A DNA stretch of 64,000 nt from the IMG/VR virus record IMGVR_UViG_3300022745_000022, positions 20,344 through 84,343 of that record, one strand, 5' to 3'. Origin of the DNA: a virus. A program made the translations under genes and the position numbers. The notes under the pieces are model-generated. The model did not search any database. It saw only the letters and a list, made by a program, of their open reading frames with translations, and was not told the DNA's origin. Each line of letters opens with the position of its first letter. The stretch's first letter is position 1. Positions 19,521 through 30,066 of the stretch are shown in pieces.

Positions 19521-20924
19521 ATGGCCACCCTTCCTCCCAAGAAGCCGCTCAAGAAAGTGATACCTCCGACGGTACCACCGAAGATCAGCATTCCACTTCC
19601 GTATGCTGCTGATTACAGCATGCGTCCTGAAGCCGTGGGAATGGCCGATAAGCCGGTAGCTGATCACACGTACACCACTGCAGACACTAGCATCGGGCCT
19701 GGTCAGTATGACCGCACTCAACTACGTGGTGTGGAACAGAATAACACCTTCGCTGCCAAACCCGGGTGGATGACGAAGGTCAGTGGTGCCTTAGGGGCTG
19801 CGGCCCCGTACATCTCCAACATGGTGAACTCGTTTCGGCGCCCACCGATGCCGGCCACTCCGATACCATATAACCCTGTGCACTTCCGTAGGGTGAACTT
19901 CGGTGCCGCCAAGACCGAAGCTGACCGTATGATCGCTGGTCAAGACCAGGGACTGCGCTATCTCCCGGAAAATGAAGCCACGGCCGCACGAACAGCCAAT
20001 ATGATCCAGGGCCTGCGCGCCAAAGGCCAGTACACCATGCAAGAACAAAATGCCAATGCGGAGATAGCCAATGCGGAGGCCACGCAGAATGGACGTGTGG
20101 ACATGGCCAATGTGAACTCCATGAACCAGTTCAACGATTCCCTGGTGGATCGTAACATCGCCATAGAGAACAATGCTAGTGCCAACCTGGCCAATGCCGG
20201 TGACAAGTACGTGGCCATCCAGAATGAGAAGGCCAAACAACAGCTCGAGGCCACCAAGTATGGCATCCTGCAAGGTGTGTATTCTACTTCTGGAGTGGTC
20301 AATCGTCTGGATGCAAGACTCCTGCGTGACCCGGTCACCGGTGAACTCCGTCGTATGGCCCATGGCGGCCTGATGCGTGCTGGTGGAATGATGCGCGTGT
20401 ACGGTACCGGTGGAGAACTCATTGGTGGTCCCGGCGATACAGGAGGTGACCCCTCAGAAGCCAACAAGCCCAACCCCCGATACGCCACTGGCGCACAACT
20501 TGCCTACTACAAGGAGCAACTCAACCAGAAGCTCCGTGAGAAAGACCCGGAGGGCTACGACAACTTCTTCAAGGAGCGCACCAAGATCCTACGCAGTGGT
20601 GACCGCAAAGCGGCTGACCAGTTCGACCAGACCTCCAACTTCAACGCGTACCTGTCACCAGACGAGGTCAAGCGTACACTCGGCGATGAGTATGATAATT
20701 ACCTGAACTCCGTGCGTCAGGCCAGTCAGTTCATACCGGGACAGCAATACAAGCAACTCTACGGAAACACAGAAGGCAACCTCGACCCGGCTCAACTGAA
20801 CTACGGTCGTAGGTTCGCCACGCTGTCCACGCTCACCTCACTGGATGACCATGCCAGTAAGGTGCGTACCGACTACTCATACTCTCCGAAGACCGGAGTT
20901 AAAATGACACGCTCAAGAATCTGA
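19521..20924 (+). CDS. Ejected (cargo) protein 2
   Basis: 467 aa with an Asn/Gln/Ala-rich coiled-coil region, AHGG/RAGG/YGTGG motifs and an extra C-terminal domain. Confidence 0.6.
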   Translation: MATLPPKKPLKKVIPPTVPPKISIPLPYAADYSMRPEAVGMADKPVADHTYTTADTSIGPGQYDRTQLRGVEQNNTFAAKPGWMTKVSGALGAAAPYISNMVNSFRRPPMPATPIPYNPVHFRRVNFGAAKTEADRMIAGQDQGLRYLPENEATAARTANMIQGLRAKGQYTMQEQNANAEIANAEATQNGRVDMANVNSMNQFNDSLVDRNIAIENNASANLANAGDKYVAIQNEKAKQQLEATKYGILQGVYSTSGVVNRLDARLLRDPVTGELRRMAHGGLMRAGGMMRVYGTGGELIGGPGDTGGDPSEANKPNPRYATGAQLAYYKEQLNQKLREKDPEGYDNFFKERTKILRSGDRKAADQFDQTSNFNAYLSPDEVKRTLGDEYDNYLNSVRQASQFIPGQQYKQLYGNTEGNLDPAQLNYGRRFATLSTLTSLDDHASKVRTDYSYSPKTGVKMTRSRI

Positions 20925-20925
20925 C

Positions 20926-23091
20926 ATGCCAAACTACAACGGTTACCGTCAATCGAATTCCACGGAGATCCCACGCTATGTGGGCTCTGCTGTTCCAGAG
21001 ATGTCCGTGGCCGCTCAGATGCTCCAGCAGCGTTATGATCAGTCACGCAACTATGAGGACATGCTGGACCAGGGGATCAACTCCTCCACGTCCACTCCTC
21101 AGGATACGCAACTGCTGGAAGGACTCAAGAACGAGTACCGCGGGAAGATCAAGGAACGCGCCGGCAAGGGGGACTACGAGAACATGGTCCGTGAGACCGC
21201 TCGTGATGCCCGTGAGTTCGTGACCAAGTACCAGCCCATCGCCACCAATCAGAAGGCGGTCCAGGATTACTACACGGACCTCCAGGACAAAGTGGAGAAG
21301 AAGTTCATCTCCAAGGACACCGCTGACGCCCTGTACAATATGAGCGTGAGCTCTTACAAGGGTCTGCAGAAAGACCCGGTCACCGGACAATACACCAACC
21401 ACTTCCGTGGCACCTCAGCAGCGGAGGACATCGACATGTCCAAGTGGGTGGATGAAGCACTCAAGGGACTCAATCCCCAAACACTGGGTTCCACTGTTCG
21501 CAAGATCAATGGTGACTTCTACGAGGAGGTTGGAGGTAGGACAGTGAAGCTGAACATGGATCGTATCTGGCCTGCCCTACAAGCTGCCATGGGAAGTGAC
21601 CCCAAGTTCCAGTCCTTCGCGCGCCAGCACGCAATGCTCTCCAGTTACCCTGCCCGCAACCTGAGCGAGGACACCGTGGCCAAGCATCCGGAATTGTACA
21701 ACCAGATCAAGCAGATCCAGCAAGCCAATGGGATATCCTTCCAGGACGCTGCTCAGCAATACTACGGTGCCACTGCAGGTAATGACCTTATGAAGCAGGC
21801 ATATACCATGGGTGCCAAGTACATCCGCGATGACCGTGAGTCCAGCTACAAGAACATGGGCATGACCGAGGTCGCGCAGCATGACTTGGCTGATAAGGAG
21901 AAGGACATCTTCGGCGGTATGATACCACTGAATCTTCCCGGTAGTAAGATGGACACTCCGGATAAGATCATGCAAGGCAGTACTGATCTGCAGACTGCCA
22001 TGCAGAAAGCTTCAAATGATACAGCAGCACTACTACGTAACCTGAAGCAGGTAACCGGTACACGTCCTGACGGTACAAAATACGAGAAGTACATGGATGC
22101 TGATGGTGTGGAACAGACCGATAAAGTTGAAGCCAACCGCCTCACTGTTGCCCAGCTTGCCATGCAAAAGGCTGCAGTTGAAGAACGTGCGGCACGTCTA
22201 CAGAAAGCAGTGGGGCTTACTCCAAAGGAGGTTGCACTTATGCAATCCCTGGATAAACAAGAAGACTGGAGTCCCGCTGCACTCACGGAGATACCAGGTA
22301 TAAAAACCATGGGTATCCTCCATAAGATAGGGGATAAGCTGTCAGCATTGGGTGACAAGTTGAATCCACAATCGACTCGTAACTTGATACTGTCTGCCAC
22401 AGGTCTTGATCAGAAATGGCGCAACTACGAGCAGGCCGTCAAAGAGGACTCCAAGAATTCCACCGTAGAAAGTGGTCTGTTCCAGTTCAATAGTATAGCC
22501 GCTAATAAGAGCATGAACAAGGTATTCACGGACCTGGTACTCAACCTAGATAAAGACGGCATCAAGGCTGGTGCAGTTGGATTGCAGCATATGAATGGAG
22601 ACAAGCTCGAATCTGATGACTATAAGAAGGTACAGGGAGAATCCTCTTTTGCTGGATGGGCTTTGGATCCTGGAAGCAATAAGATTAAACTGGTGTTCAA
22701 AGCCGGCCATATGGGTGAATCCAAAGGGGAGCTCAAAGGTGAACAGGGACTGTATATGATGGATGCTCCCCCTCAGGTGTACGAGTATCTGCGGAAAAGT
22801 GGACAATCGGAAGCTACCCATCTCGTGCTCTCTCAAGCGATCGGTTCACTGGAGAACTACGAGAATAAGAAGGTCACGCTTCCATTCCACGATGGCACAG
22901 TAACCGTGTCGCGGCGTACACCTTATGATCAGGAAAATCCAGATCCACGCGTAGTCGGTAATCAGAACCCGCAGTATGTGATGACCTTTGAATTCCCAGA
23001 TGGTAAGCGTGAGCTACTTGCACAGGATAAGGATGAGGTCATCGCCAAGATCATAGGTAACCACAACATCATAGAAAAAGCCAAAAAGTAA
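20926..23091 (+). CDS. Ejected (cargo) protein 3
   Basis: 721 aa, helical, N-terminus PRYVGSAVPEM...QQRYD. Lies in the cargo cluster ahead of the giant genes. Confidence 0.55.
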   Translation: MPNYNGYRQSNSTEIPRYVGSAVPEMSVAAQMLQQRYDQSRNYEDMLDQGINSSTSTPQDTQLLEGLKNEYRGKIKERAGKGDYENMVRETARDAREFVTKYQPIATNQKAVQDYYTDLQDKVEKKFISKDTADALYNMSVSSYKGLQKDPVTGQYTNHFRGTSAAEDIDMSKWVDEALKGLNPQTLGSTVRKINGDFYEEVGGRTVKLNMDRIWPALQAAMGSDPKFQSFARQHAMLSSYPARNLSEDTVAKHPELYNQIKQIQQANGISFQDAAQQYYGATAGNDLMKQAYTMGAKYIRDDRESSYKNMGMTEVAQHDLADKEKDIFGGMIPLNLPGSKMDTPDKIMQGSTDLQTAMQKASNDTAALLRNLKQVTGTRPDGTKYEKYMDADGVEQTDKVEANRLTVAQLAMQKAAVEERAARLQKAVGLTPKEVALMQSLDKQEDWSPAALTEIPGIKTMGILHKIGDKLSALGDKLNPQSTRNLILSATGLDQKWRNYEQAVKEDSKNSTVESGLFQFNSIAANKSMNKVFTDLVLNLDKDGIKAGAVGLQHMNGDKLESDDYKKVQGESSFAGWALDPGSNKIKLVFKAGHMGESKGELKGEQGLYMMDAPPQVYEYLRKSGQSEATHLVLSQAIGSLENYENKKVTLPFHDGTVTVSRRTPYDQENPDPRVVGNQNPQYVMTFEFPDGKRELLAQDKDEVIAKIIGNHNIIEKAKK

Positions 23092-26000
23092 TGCCGGGCA
23101 TTGAAGATCTGAAGGACTCCTACGACACCACTGGCCCCGGGCCTGGTGACTCCATGAAAGGTAAGCGTGGGTCTATCAATGCTATACAGGATATCCCCAA
23201 GAATCCTGGAATGGCCATGAGTGGTCAGATCAACTCAGGTCAGGACGCCAGCAAGTACCCGTTTCAGCTCAAAAGCGGTGCTGATAACGATCTGCTCCGT
23301 GCACAGAACCAGGGCTTCTGGAAGACGCTAGGACTCCGTGCAGCCAACTTTATTCCCAACGTCCTCACCGGTACGGTAGAGACAGTGGGCTATGCAGGAT
23401 CCCTCTTTGGAGAATGGGGTAAGGATCGCGACTATTCCAACGAGCTCACGCGCCAGATGCAAGCCTGGCATGACCCCTTCGGTGAGACCTACCGGGAACA
23501 CCCCAATCAGACCTTCGACTTCACAGATAGCGCGTGGTGGCTGGACAACATGTTCCAGCTCGGGGAATCTGTAGCACAGTTCGCACTTCCAGCCATGGGA
23601 GAAGCCAAGCTCTTCGAAGGGCTGGCTAAGACTGCGTCGATCGGTCGTAAGTCATTCAAGGCACTCTCCCTCGCAGGTGAAGTAGCGACTTCAGCTTCTC
23701 TCGCCTACGCTGAAGGTGCCATGAGCGGCTACCAGATCTACGACCAGGTGTACAAAGCACGCTTCGATAAGCTTCGCTGGCAAGGCGTAGATGACGAGAC
23801 TGCTCACCAGCAGGCCCGTGAGGATGCTTCCAATGCCGCGGCCACCACGGTGCAGATGAACGTGGCCATGAATACGCTACTCAACATGAGTGAGCTAGCG
23901 CCACTATTCAAGCATTCCGAAGCTCGCGTCCTGGATTATATGCGCCAGAACGGTAAGCGCCTGGCGGGAGAGACTGCAGAACAGTTCGACAAGCGACTCC
24001 TTCAGGAAGCCACTGAAAGCGGGCTATTCAAGAATCGCAAGGGACTCACCAGTTACGCAGGTGTAGCCTTTCAGGAAGGCCTAGAGGAAGTCAATACCCA
24101 GTATGCAGAATACGAAGGACGCCGGCAAGGCATCGATGGCAAGAAGCGTGACCTACTCAGTGCACTCACTGACTTCGGCCAAGCGCTTACGGATGTCTCC
24201 AACCAGGAAGGCATGCTCAACTTCGCCCTTGGCTCACTTGGTGGCTTGGGTAATGCCGTGGCAATCGACCATCTCCCCGTGAACCGCGTGGCTACAGTGG
24301 ACGACCAGGGAAAGAAGACCTATCAGTTCTACACCGGTAAGGCCATAGAGGCTGACCGCACCCACGCCCAGTTCAAGAGTATCGCCGACGCCTTGGTCCA
24401 TGACTACGGGTACATCGACAACAAGCTCCAGGAGCTACATGAAGCCACACTGAGGGATGATCACATCGGTGCTGAGAAGGCGCGACTGGATCTCTTCGAC
24501 ACATTGGCCATGCACAGCGTCAGCACCGGTGCAGGTAACAACCTCATCTCCACCTTCAAGGAAATGCTGGGTACGCCCAACACGTCACGTCACGCAGAGT
24601 ACCAGCAGCAGATGGAAGCGCTGGAGAAGCAGCTTCAACAGACCACTGACCCCGAAGAGGTCAAGGCCATTCAACAGGCCAAGTTCGACCTGATCCAGAA
24701 GATCAATGCCAATACGAGCGAGGCCATGGATAAGGGCTTGGCCATGAACTTGCAGGACCATTCCTATCAGCAGCGTGCACAACAGTCGATTGACGACATT
24801 GAGCACTATCAGAAGCTATTCGATAATGTCCATGCCAAGTTCAACACGGACGAGGAGAAGGAGATCGGTGTACCGAACTATGTGTTTGCAGTCATGGCCG
24901 GTCAGTACCGTCTGAACAAGATGGTGGAGCGCGGTAACATGGATCTGGCCAAACTGAAGGCTGACCACATGCTGGCCTTCGCCGGCCTTCCTGCCAATAC
25001 TATCGAGATGTACAACCGCGCGGCGGTGCAGTTCCAGGACACACTGGAAACTCACCAGCGCCGCATCGGCCGCATCCAGGGGGACCTGAATCAGCTCCGC
25101 GCTGCACTGGAGAAGGGAGACGATGGGATGGTGAACAAGATCCTGGACAAGTATCGCCTGCTCGGCTACACTGGGGAGAACCTGTCTGCAAAGCTCATCG
25201 AGCGCATGCAGGACATGATCAACAACTCCAATGAGGCCATCAAGGACGCGCACGCCAGCTTGGAGCGCGATACCGGTTATGCCAAGTGGAAGGAGAAACA
25301 TCCTGACGGTAAGCTGGACGAGTACGGCCAGGAGCTCACCAAGAAGTTCGGCAGTTCAGCCGCCATCAAGGATATGGAAGGTCAGCTCATGACCATGCAG
25401 CAGATCGCAGAGAATAACAATGCCCGTGTGCACGACCTGCTCCATGACAGCGATTCCATCAAGGCTGTACAGCGCAAGCTCATCAAGAACATCAAGGACC
25501 AACACGCCATGCTAGAGGAAGAGACCAAAAGCAAGGCCGTGGAGAAAGAACTCCAGGCCGCTGCTGAGCGTGCACATGTGGAGGGTAACATCAATGCCCT
25601 CAGTGATCAAGAGCGCACGCACCTCACGGAGCTCCACGAACACATGCAAGCCGAAGGTGTAGCACGTGCCGGTATGCAGAAGGCTCAGGAAGACCTGAAC
25701 AAGCTCAACGTCACCTCGCACAAAGCCTGGAACGTACCCTGGCAGGCAAAGCATGCACTGGCCAATCGTGAACTGTCCAAGCACAGTAAGAACCTGGCCG
25801 TGGCTCAGCAGCGCCAGGAGGAGATCCGTGCCAAGCTGGACGAGATCCGCACGGCCAAGATGGACCAGGGAACGCCAGCCGTGGCGCCAGTGGCCGCTCA
25901 AGAGAGAGCACAACCAGAACAAACTCAACCTGTCGATAATGGGACAACTGATCAATCTACCGAACCATCCACCGAAGCAGCGCAACCGGCTGCACCTGTG

Positions 26001-28235
26001 GTGGAATCACCGGCTACAGGACCTGGGGTGGTGGCTAATGAGACTGGCGGACAAGCTCCTGCGGCTCCGCTGACCACTGACTCAGAGCGGAAGGCCATGA
26101 AGTACCTCACTCAACTTGACCGGTTACCTGCTGAGGTCATCAAGGCATTCGAACAGGTAGAGACTGCACTGAAGAGTGGCCTGCCCCTGGACATGGACGC
26201 GTTCTTCCGCCGGGGGGATATCGTCGAGGCCCTGGAACAGAACCTGGTCGCCAGATTCCTACTCAAGCGTTCACTGGAGCTGCTAAAGGACTACGTGGAC
26301 TCACTTCCCAAGACTGAGCGGCCGGTAGATACCAGCGCTCCTGCAGAGGAGCAAGTGGAGCAGGAACAGGCTCAGCCGGAAGAGACTGTCATCCAGCCGG
26401 TGGCCATGATCCCCTCAGAACCCCCTACCCGAAACGCCACTGACATTGAAGTGGAGGGCGATTACCGCGAGCACGTCGGTAAGAAGCGCATCAGCGCGCT
26501 GACCATGGCCAACAACACCTTGGAGACCACTGACTACACGGATAACAAGGGCAATTACCGCATTGCTGGTCGTGACCTCAATCCAAATACGGATCCTGAT
26601 GTTACTGACCCGAAGAAGCTACTGGCCGGTACCAAGGTCACGCTGGAGGTGGATACCTCCTACGATGGCCTGACCTGGGACCCCACTACTCCCAATACCA
26701 AGATCAAGGTCACCTATGCTGACTTCGCAGACGAGAAAGGTAACGTGACGGACATCGACAATGTCCCGATCCGTATCCTGGGCCCGGATGGCAAGGTAAA
26801 AGGCTACGTGCCCACGATCGATTTTCTCACCCGTCGCTTTCCTGGAGCTACAGGTCCTGAAGGCTTTCGCAACATCGTAGCCGTGCACACGATCCCGGAT
26901 GGGAACGGCGGCACCATAGAGGTGGATAACCTCACCAAGCAGATTAATATCCTACGCAGCTTGCGTAACCGTATCGTGAAGAACGGCAAGATCGAGACCA
27001 CACTGGGAGAGAAAGGTGCCGGCACGGTGATCCGTAATGTCACCGACCAGGGAGATGGTACTTTCTATCCCACCCGTGGTATCGCTGTGTCCAAGTCCAA
27101 GCCAGCAACGAGCCTACTCCCGGATTACAAGAACCTGAAGCTTGTCATCATACAAGATGGTCTGGCCTACACTTCTTTCGGACGTGACGTACCTGTGGCC
27201 AACAATCCTGCCGAACTCAAGCAACGCCATAACACACCCGCGGTACTGTTACCTGGCGCCAATGGCCAGGGTATCGCTGAGCCGCTGTACATGCCCATGA
27301 TCAACAGCCACCTGGACTTCAGCTCCATCGAGCGTGCCATCACACTATACCTCAGCCAGGACCAGAACAAAGAGGAGATCGCTGCGTTCTTCAAAGAGAG
27401 TGGGCTCAACCTGCGCAACTCCAAGGATCTGCGCAAGTACATCAACCGTCAGTTCACCTACATGGAATCCTTCGATGCCAGTCACACGGCATTGAATGCC
27501 AAGGTGAGTCCCAAGTTCCTGTTCAACGTGACAGAGCCTACGGACAAGCTGGCCAGTATCATGGTAGGCTGGTCCGCCAGTGGCCAACGCCCGGAGTTCG
27601 CCTCCCTGGCAAACGGAGAGCTCAGTGAGAACTTCAAGAACATCCTACGCAATGGTCTGGTGACTCGCTTCCGCAATGTGAACTTCGACGACGGCATCAA
27701 TACCAGCGGTGAATTCACAGAGCATTACTACTCGGTGGATCCCCGCACTAAGAAGGGTTCCTGGAAGACCAGGAAGTTCAGCAACTATAACGAGTACATC
27801 CTGACCAATGCAGAGACCTATGCGTACGGTCGTAACCAGATCGGTGACCGGTACGTGTACACGGCCAATCCCAGCATCCCATTCGGAGAGGAGCTAAAGC
27901 CGGCAACCGACCCGGGTCCCGTAACCGTGACCAGCCTTAAGGAAGAGGGCCCTGCATCAGCCACTGTCCCCGCGCGTGTGGATATCAATTCCGCGGACGC
28001 TGCGGATCTGCTGGATAGTATGGGCCATTTCTACCCGGGAACCGCTTCCACAACGAGCTACATAGAGCCATCAGAAAATATGCGCCCCCTGTCGATCGAT
28101 GTATTGCAGGAATTATCTAACTTCACTCCGCCCGGCAAGCACAACGGCCTTTCGGTGGATGATGCGATGAAGCAGCTCCTGCGAAATGGCATAGGGTATC
28201 TTGCTGAAGGGTATAACCCGTTCATCAAATGCTGA
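23091..28235 (+). CDS. Giant ejected protein of the vRNAP locus
   Basis: 1714 aa. The N-terminal DNDLLRAQNQGFWKTLG and EGLEEVNTQY motifs are typical of crAss-like giant cargo proteins. Long coiled coils, a Pro/Ala/Glu linker and a beta-rich C-terminal part. Confidence 0.75.
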   Translation: MPGIEDLKDSYDTTGPGPGDSMKGKRGSINAIQDIPKNPGMAMSGQINSGQDASKYPFQLKSGADNDLLRAQNQGFWKTLGLRAANFIPNVLTGTVETVGYAGSLFGEWGKDRDYSNELTRQMQAWHDPFGETYREHPNQTFDFTDSAWWLDNMFQLGESVAQFALPAMGEAKLFEGLAKTASIGRKSFKALSLAGEVATSASLAYAEGAMSGYQIYDQVYKARFDKLRWQGVDDETAHQQAREDASNAAATTVQMNVAMNTLLNMSELAPLFKHSEARVLDYMRQNGKRLAGETAEQFDKRLLQEATESGLFKNRKGLTSYAGVAFQEGLEEVNTQYAEYEGRRQGIDGKKRDLLSALTDFGQALTDVSNQEGMLNFALGSLGGLGNAVAIDHLPVNRVATVDDQGKKTYQFYTGKAIEADRTHAQFKSIADALVHDYGYIDNKLQELHEATLRDDHIGAEKARLDLFDTLAMHSVSTGAGNNLISTFKEMLGTPNTSRHAEYQQQMEALEKQLQQTTDPEEVKAIQQAKFDLIQKINANTSEAMDKGLAMNLQDHSYQQRAQQSIDDIEHYQKLFDNVHAKFNTDEEKEIGVPNYVFAVMAGQYRLNKMVERGNMDLAKLKADHMLAFAGLPANTIEMYNRAAVQFQDTLETHQRRIGRIQGDLNQLRAALEKGDDGMVNKILDKYRLLGYTGENLSAKLIERMQDMINNSNEAIKDAHASLERDTGYAKWKEKHPDGKLDEYGQELTKKFGSSAAIKDMEGQLMTMQQIAENNNARVHDLLHDSDSIKAVQRKLIKNIKDQHAMLEEETKSKAVEKELQAAAERAHVEGNINALSDQERTHLTELHEHMQAEGVARAGMQKAQEDLNKLNVTSHKAWNVPWQAKHALANRELSKHSKNLAVAQQRQEEIRAKLDEIRTAKMDQGTPAVAPVAAQERAQPEQTQPVDNGTTDQSTEPSTEAAQPAAPVVESPATGPGVVANETGGQAPAAPLTTDSERKAMKYLTQLDRLPAEVIKAFEQVETALKSGLPLDMDAFFRRGDIVEALEQNLVARFLLKRSLELLKDYVDSLPKTERPVDTSAPAEEQVEQEQAQPEETVIQPVAMIPSEPPTRNATDIEVEGDYREHVGKKRISALTMANNTLETTDYTDNKGNYRIAGRDLNPNTDPDVTDPKKLLAGTKVTLEVDTSYDGLTWDPTTPNTKIKVTYADFADEKGNVTDIDNVPIRILGPDGKVKGYVPTIDFLTRRFPGATGPEGFRNIVAVHTIPDGNGGTIEVDNLTKQINILRSLRNRIVKNGKIETTLGEKGAGTVIRNVTDQGDGTFYPTRGIAVSKSKPATSLLPDYKNLKLVIIQDGLAYTSFGRDVPVANNPAELKQRHNTPAVLLPGANGQGIAEPLYMPMINSHLDFSSIERAITLYLSQDQNKEEIAAFFKESGLNLRNSKDLRKYINRQFTYMESFDASHTALNAKVSPKFLFNVTEPTDKLASIMVGWSASGQRPEFASLANGELSENFKNILRNGLVTRFRNVNFDDGINTSGEFTEHYYSVDPRTKKGSWKTRKFSNYNEYILTNAETYAYGRNQIGDRYVYTANPSIPFGEELKPATDPGPVTVTSLKEEGPASATVPARVDINSADAADLLDSMGHFYPGTASTTSYIEPSENMRPLSIDVLQELSNFTPPGKHNGLSVDDAMKQLLRNGIGYLAEGYNPFIKC

Positions 28236-28236
28236 C

Positions 28237-28953
28237 ATGGCTACATGTAACTTTCAAGCCCCGAATGGTAGGACATCGCTCCTTCACGCGGGGCTTTCTC
28301 AATTGATAGGAGACAAGCTTGCTGACGTTGCTTGGCTCAAGCTTCGCGATTCGCGAATCATGGAACGTACGGACAACTGGAGCAAACTGGGTCTGGACGA
28401 GAATGGTGAACCCACCGTGACCTCCACACTCCAGCTCCTGGGTGTGGGTAACCATGTACAGGCCCAACAGCTCGGTAAGCTCATCACGCGCTGGAACCTG
28501 CGCCCACGGCCGGGTGCACTCACCACCTTCTACGGCAACCGCAGCCTGGCGCAAGCCATGGCCAAGCAGCTCAGGGATAAGAGCGGTGACCAATACAACC
28601 TCCTGCATATCCGCTACAACCCCACCACGGCTGACATCGAAGTCTCCCCCAAGCAGATCACCGAGAAAGTACATTATGCACCCAGCCGTAAGGAACTGCG
28701 CGAGCAACCCAATGCCGATGAACAGCGCCAACAACTCGAGCAGGAACGGGAGAAGGCACTCTCTGAAGCCTCCAAACCCTGGATGCAGCTGGACTTCATC
28801 ACAGATCCCAAGTTGCTGAACACGAAAGTAAAGCAGACGGTGCAGGTGGAAGATAGCGATGAGGAACTGGAACGGGAGATCACCATCGGCAAGCTACAAG
28901 CCCCGGTGAAACGGGAATTTGAAATACTGCGTAAACTGCTGGCTTGTATATGA
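28237..28953 (+). CDS. Small protein resembling the N-terminal segment of crAss-like giant virion proteins
   Basis: MATCNFQAPNGRTSLL...LGLDENGEPT. ATG 28237 is preferred over the track TTG at 28201. Confidence 0.55.
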   Translation: MATCNFQAPNGRTSLLHAGLSQLIGDKLADVAWLKLRDSRIMERTDNWSKLGLDENGEPTVTSTLQLLGVGNHVQAQQLGKLITRWNLRPRPGALTTFYGNRSLAQAMAKQLRDKSGDQYNLLHIRYNPTTADIEVSPKQITEKVHYAPSRKELREQPNADEQRQQLEQEREKALSEASKPWMQLDFITDPKLLNTKVKQTVQVEDSDEELEREITIGKLQAPVKREFEILRKLLACI

Positions 28954-29336
28954 GCGACAAAGTCACCATAAGCAGGGTAGAAGCAGAGGCCTTGAAAGCC
29001 AGGGCGAGACACCAGGAGTTACTGGATCTATTAAGCAAGCTTGGCAAGCCGGAAAGCAGCACGCCACTGCTGAAAGAGATCTCCGACAAACTTTCTGCAC
29101 TCACCACTGCAGTAGGCAGCCTTGACTTTACGGTGCCGGAAACAAAGATCCCAGATCTGGATCTTACTCAAGTTGTCAAGGAACTCTCCAAGGTATCGGC
29201 CACGATCCAACATGAGATGGCGCGCCTGCTGGAGAGCCAGCCACGATTTCCTGACGCATACGAATTTAGCTTCTCACGAGACGCTGAAGGTAATATAAAA
29301 TCTCCCATAACTGTAAAAACAATCTATAATGGCTAA
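28950..29336 (+). CDS. Hypothetical coiled-coil protein, first gene of the inserted cassette
   Basis: ATGA overlap with the previous stop. C-terminal YEFSFSRDAEGNIKSPITV motif. Confidence 0.55.
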   Translation: MSDKVTISRVEAEALKARARHQELLDLLSKLGKPESSTPLLKEISDKLSALTTAVGSLDFTVPETKIPDLDLTQVVKELSKVSATIQHEMARLLESQPRFPDAYEFSFSRDAEGNIKSPITVKTIYNG

Positions 29337-29847
29337 GACATACACGGCAGCCACCCTCGGTGCTGCTTTTGCTTCCAACAAATCCATGCTCGCGCTGTTC
29401 AATGCACATGCCTCACGTAAGGTGAAACTGTACCGCGTATGGTTGCTGAACAACCAGACGACAGCCGTCACCGGTGTGGTCACTACGATGTTATTGCGTA
29501 AGATCTCGGCACTCTCCGCCGGTACGGCCGTGACTCCGGTGGCCCACGATTCAGCCAATGCCACGGTGGATCTTACCTCCGTGACCTGTAACACCGGTGG
29601 CACCTTCACCAACACAGCTGATGCCGCTTTCCGTCAGATCCTGTGGTCTGGTGACGAACCTGCCGTGTCTTCGGCCACCTCGGACGAGTTTCAGTGTCTG
29701 GTGCCGCTGAACTGTATTTGGGATTCCACAGGGGATTCCAACATTGAACCCCTCGTCATGAATACCACCGAAGGATGGCATGTAGTACAGCCTGGCGCCA
29801 ACGCTGTAGGTGTACTGGATGTGTTCTTCGAATTCACTATTTCTTAA
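29329..29847 (+). CDS. Hypothetical beta-rich (structural-like) protein
   Basis: 172 aa, Thr/Ala/Val-rich. Shares a motif set with two segments of ORF 30063-31523. Confidence 0.65.
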   Translation: MAKTYTAATLGAAFASNKSMLALFNAHASRKVKLYRVWLLNNQTTAVTGVVTTMLLRKISALSAGTAVTPVAHDSANATVDLTSVTCNTGGTFTNTADAAFRQILWSGDEPAVSSATSDEFQCLVPLNCIWDSTGDSNIEPLVMNTTEGWHVVQPGANAVGVLDVFFEFTIS

Positions 29848-29856
29848 TCCACTCAC

Positions 29857-30066
29857 ATGGCAAAAGACACTCGAACAGTACTGGACAATATCCGCAGCAA
29901 GATCCCCGGAGATGCGAAGCTTTTGGTAGCCTGGTATCGTGAGGATGGGGGTACACTAGTGCTTGCCCAGGCGAATATGTCGCAGGCGGACATTGATAAA
30001 GTGGCCGACAGTCTCAAGATCAATAATATGAAAGAGAAGCAGGCCCGTGGTCGGGTAATCACATGA
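29857..30066 (+). CDS. Hypothetical protein
   Basis: 69 aa, fills the gap, ATGA-coupled to the next ORF. Confidence 0.5.
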   Translation: MAKDTRTVLDNIRSKIPGDAKLLVAWYREDGGTLVLAQANMSQADIDKVADSLKINNMKEKQARGRVIT

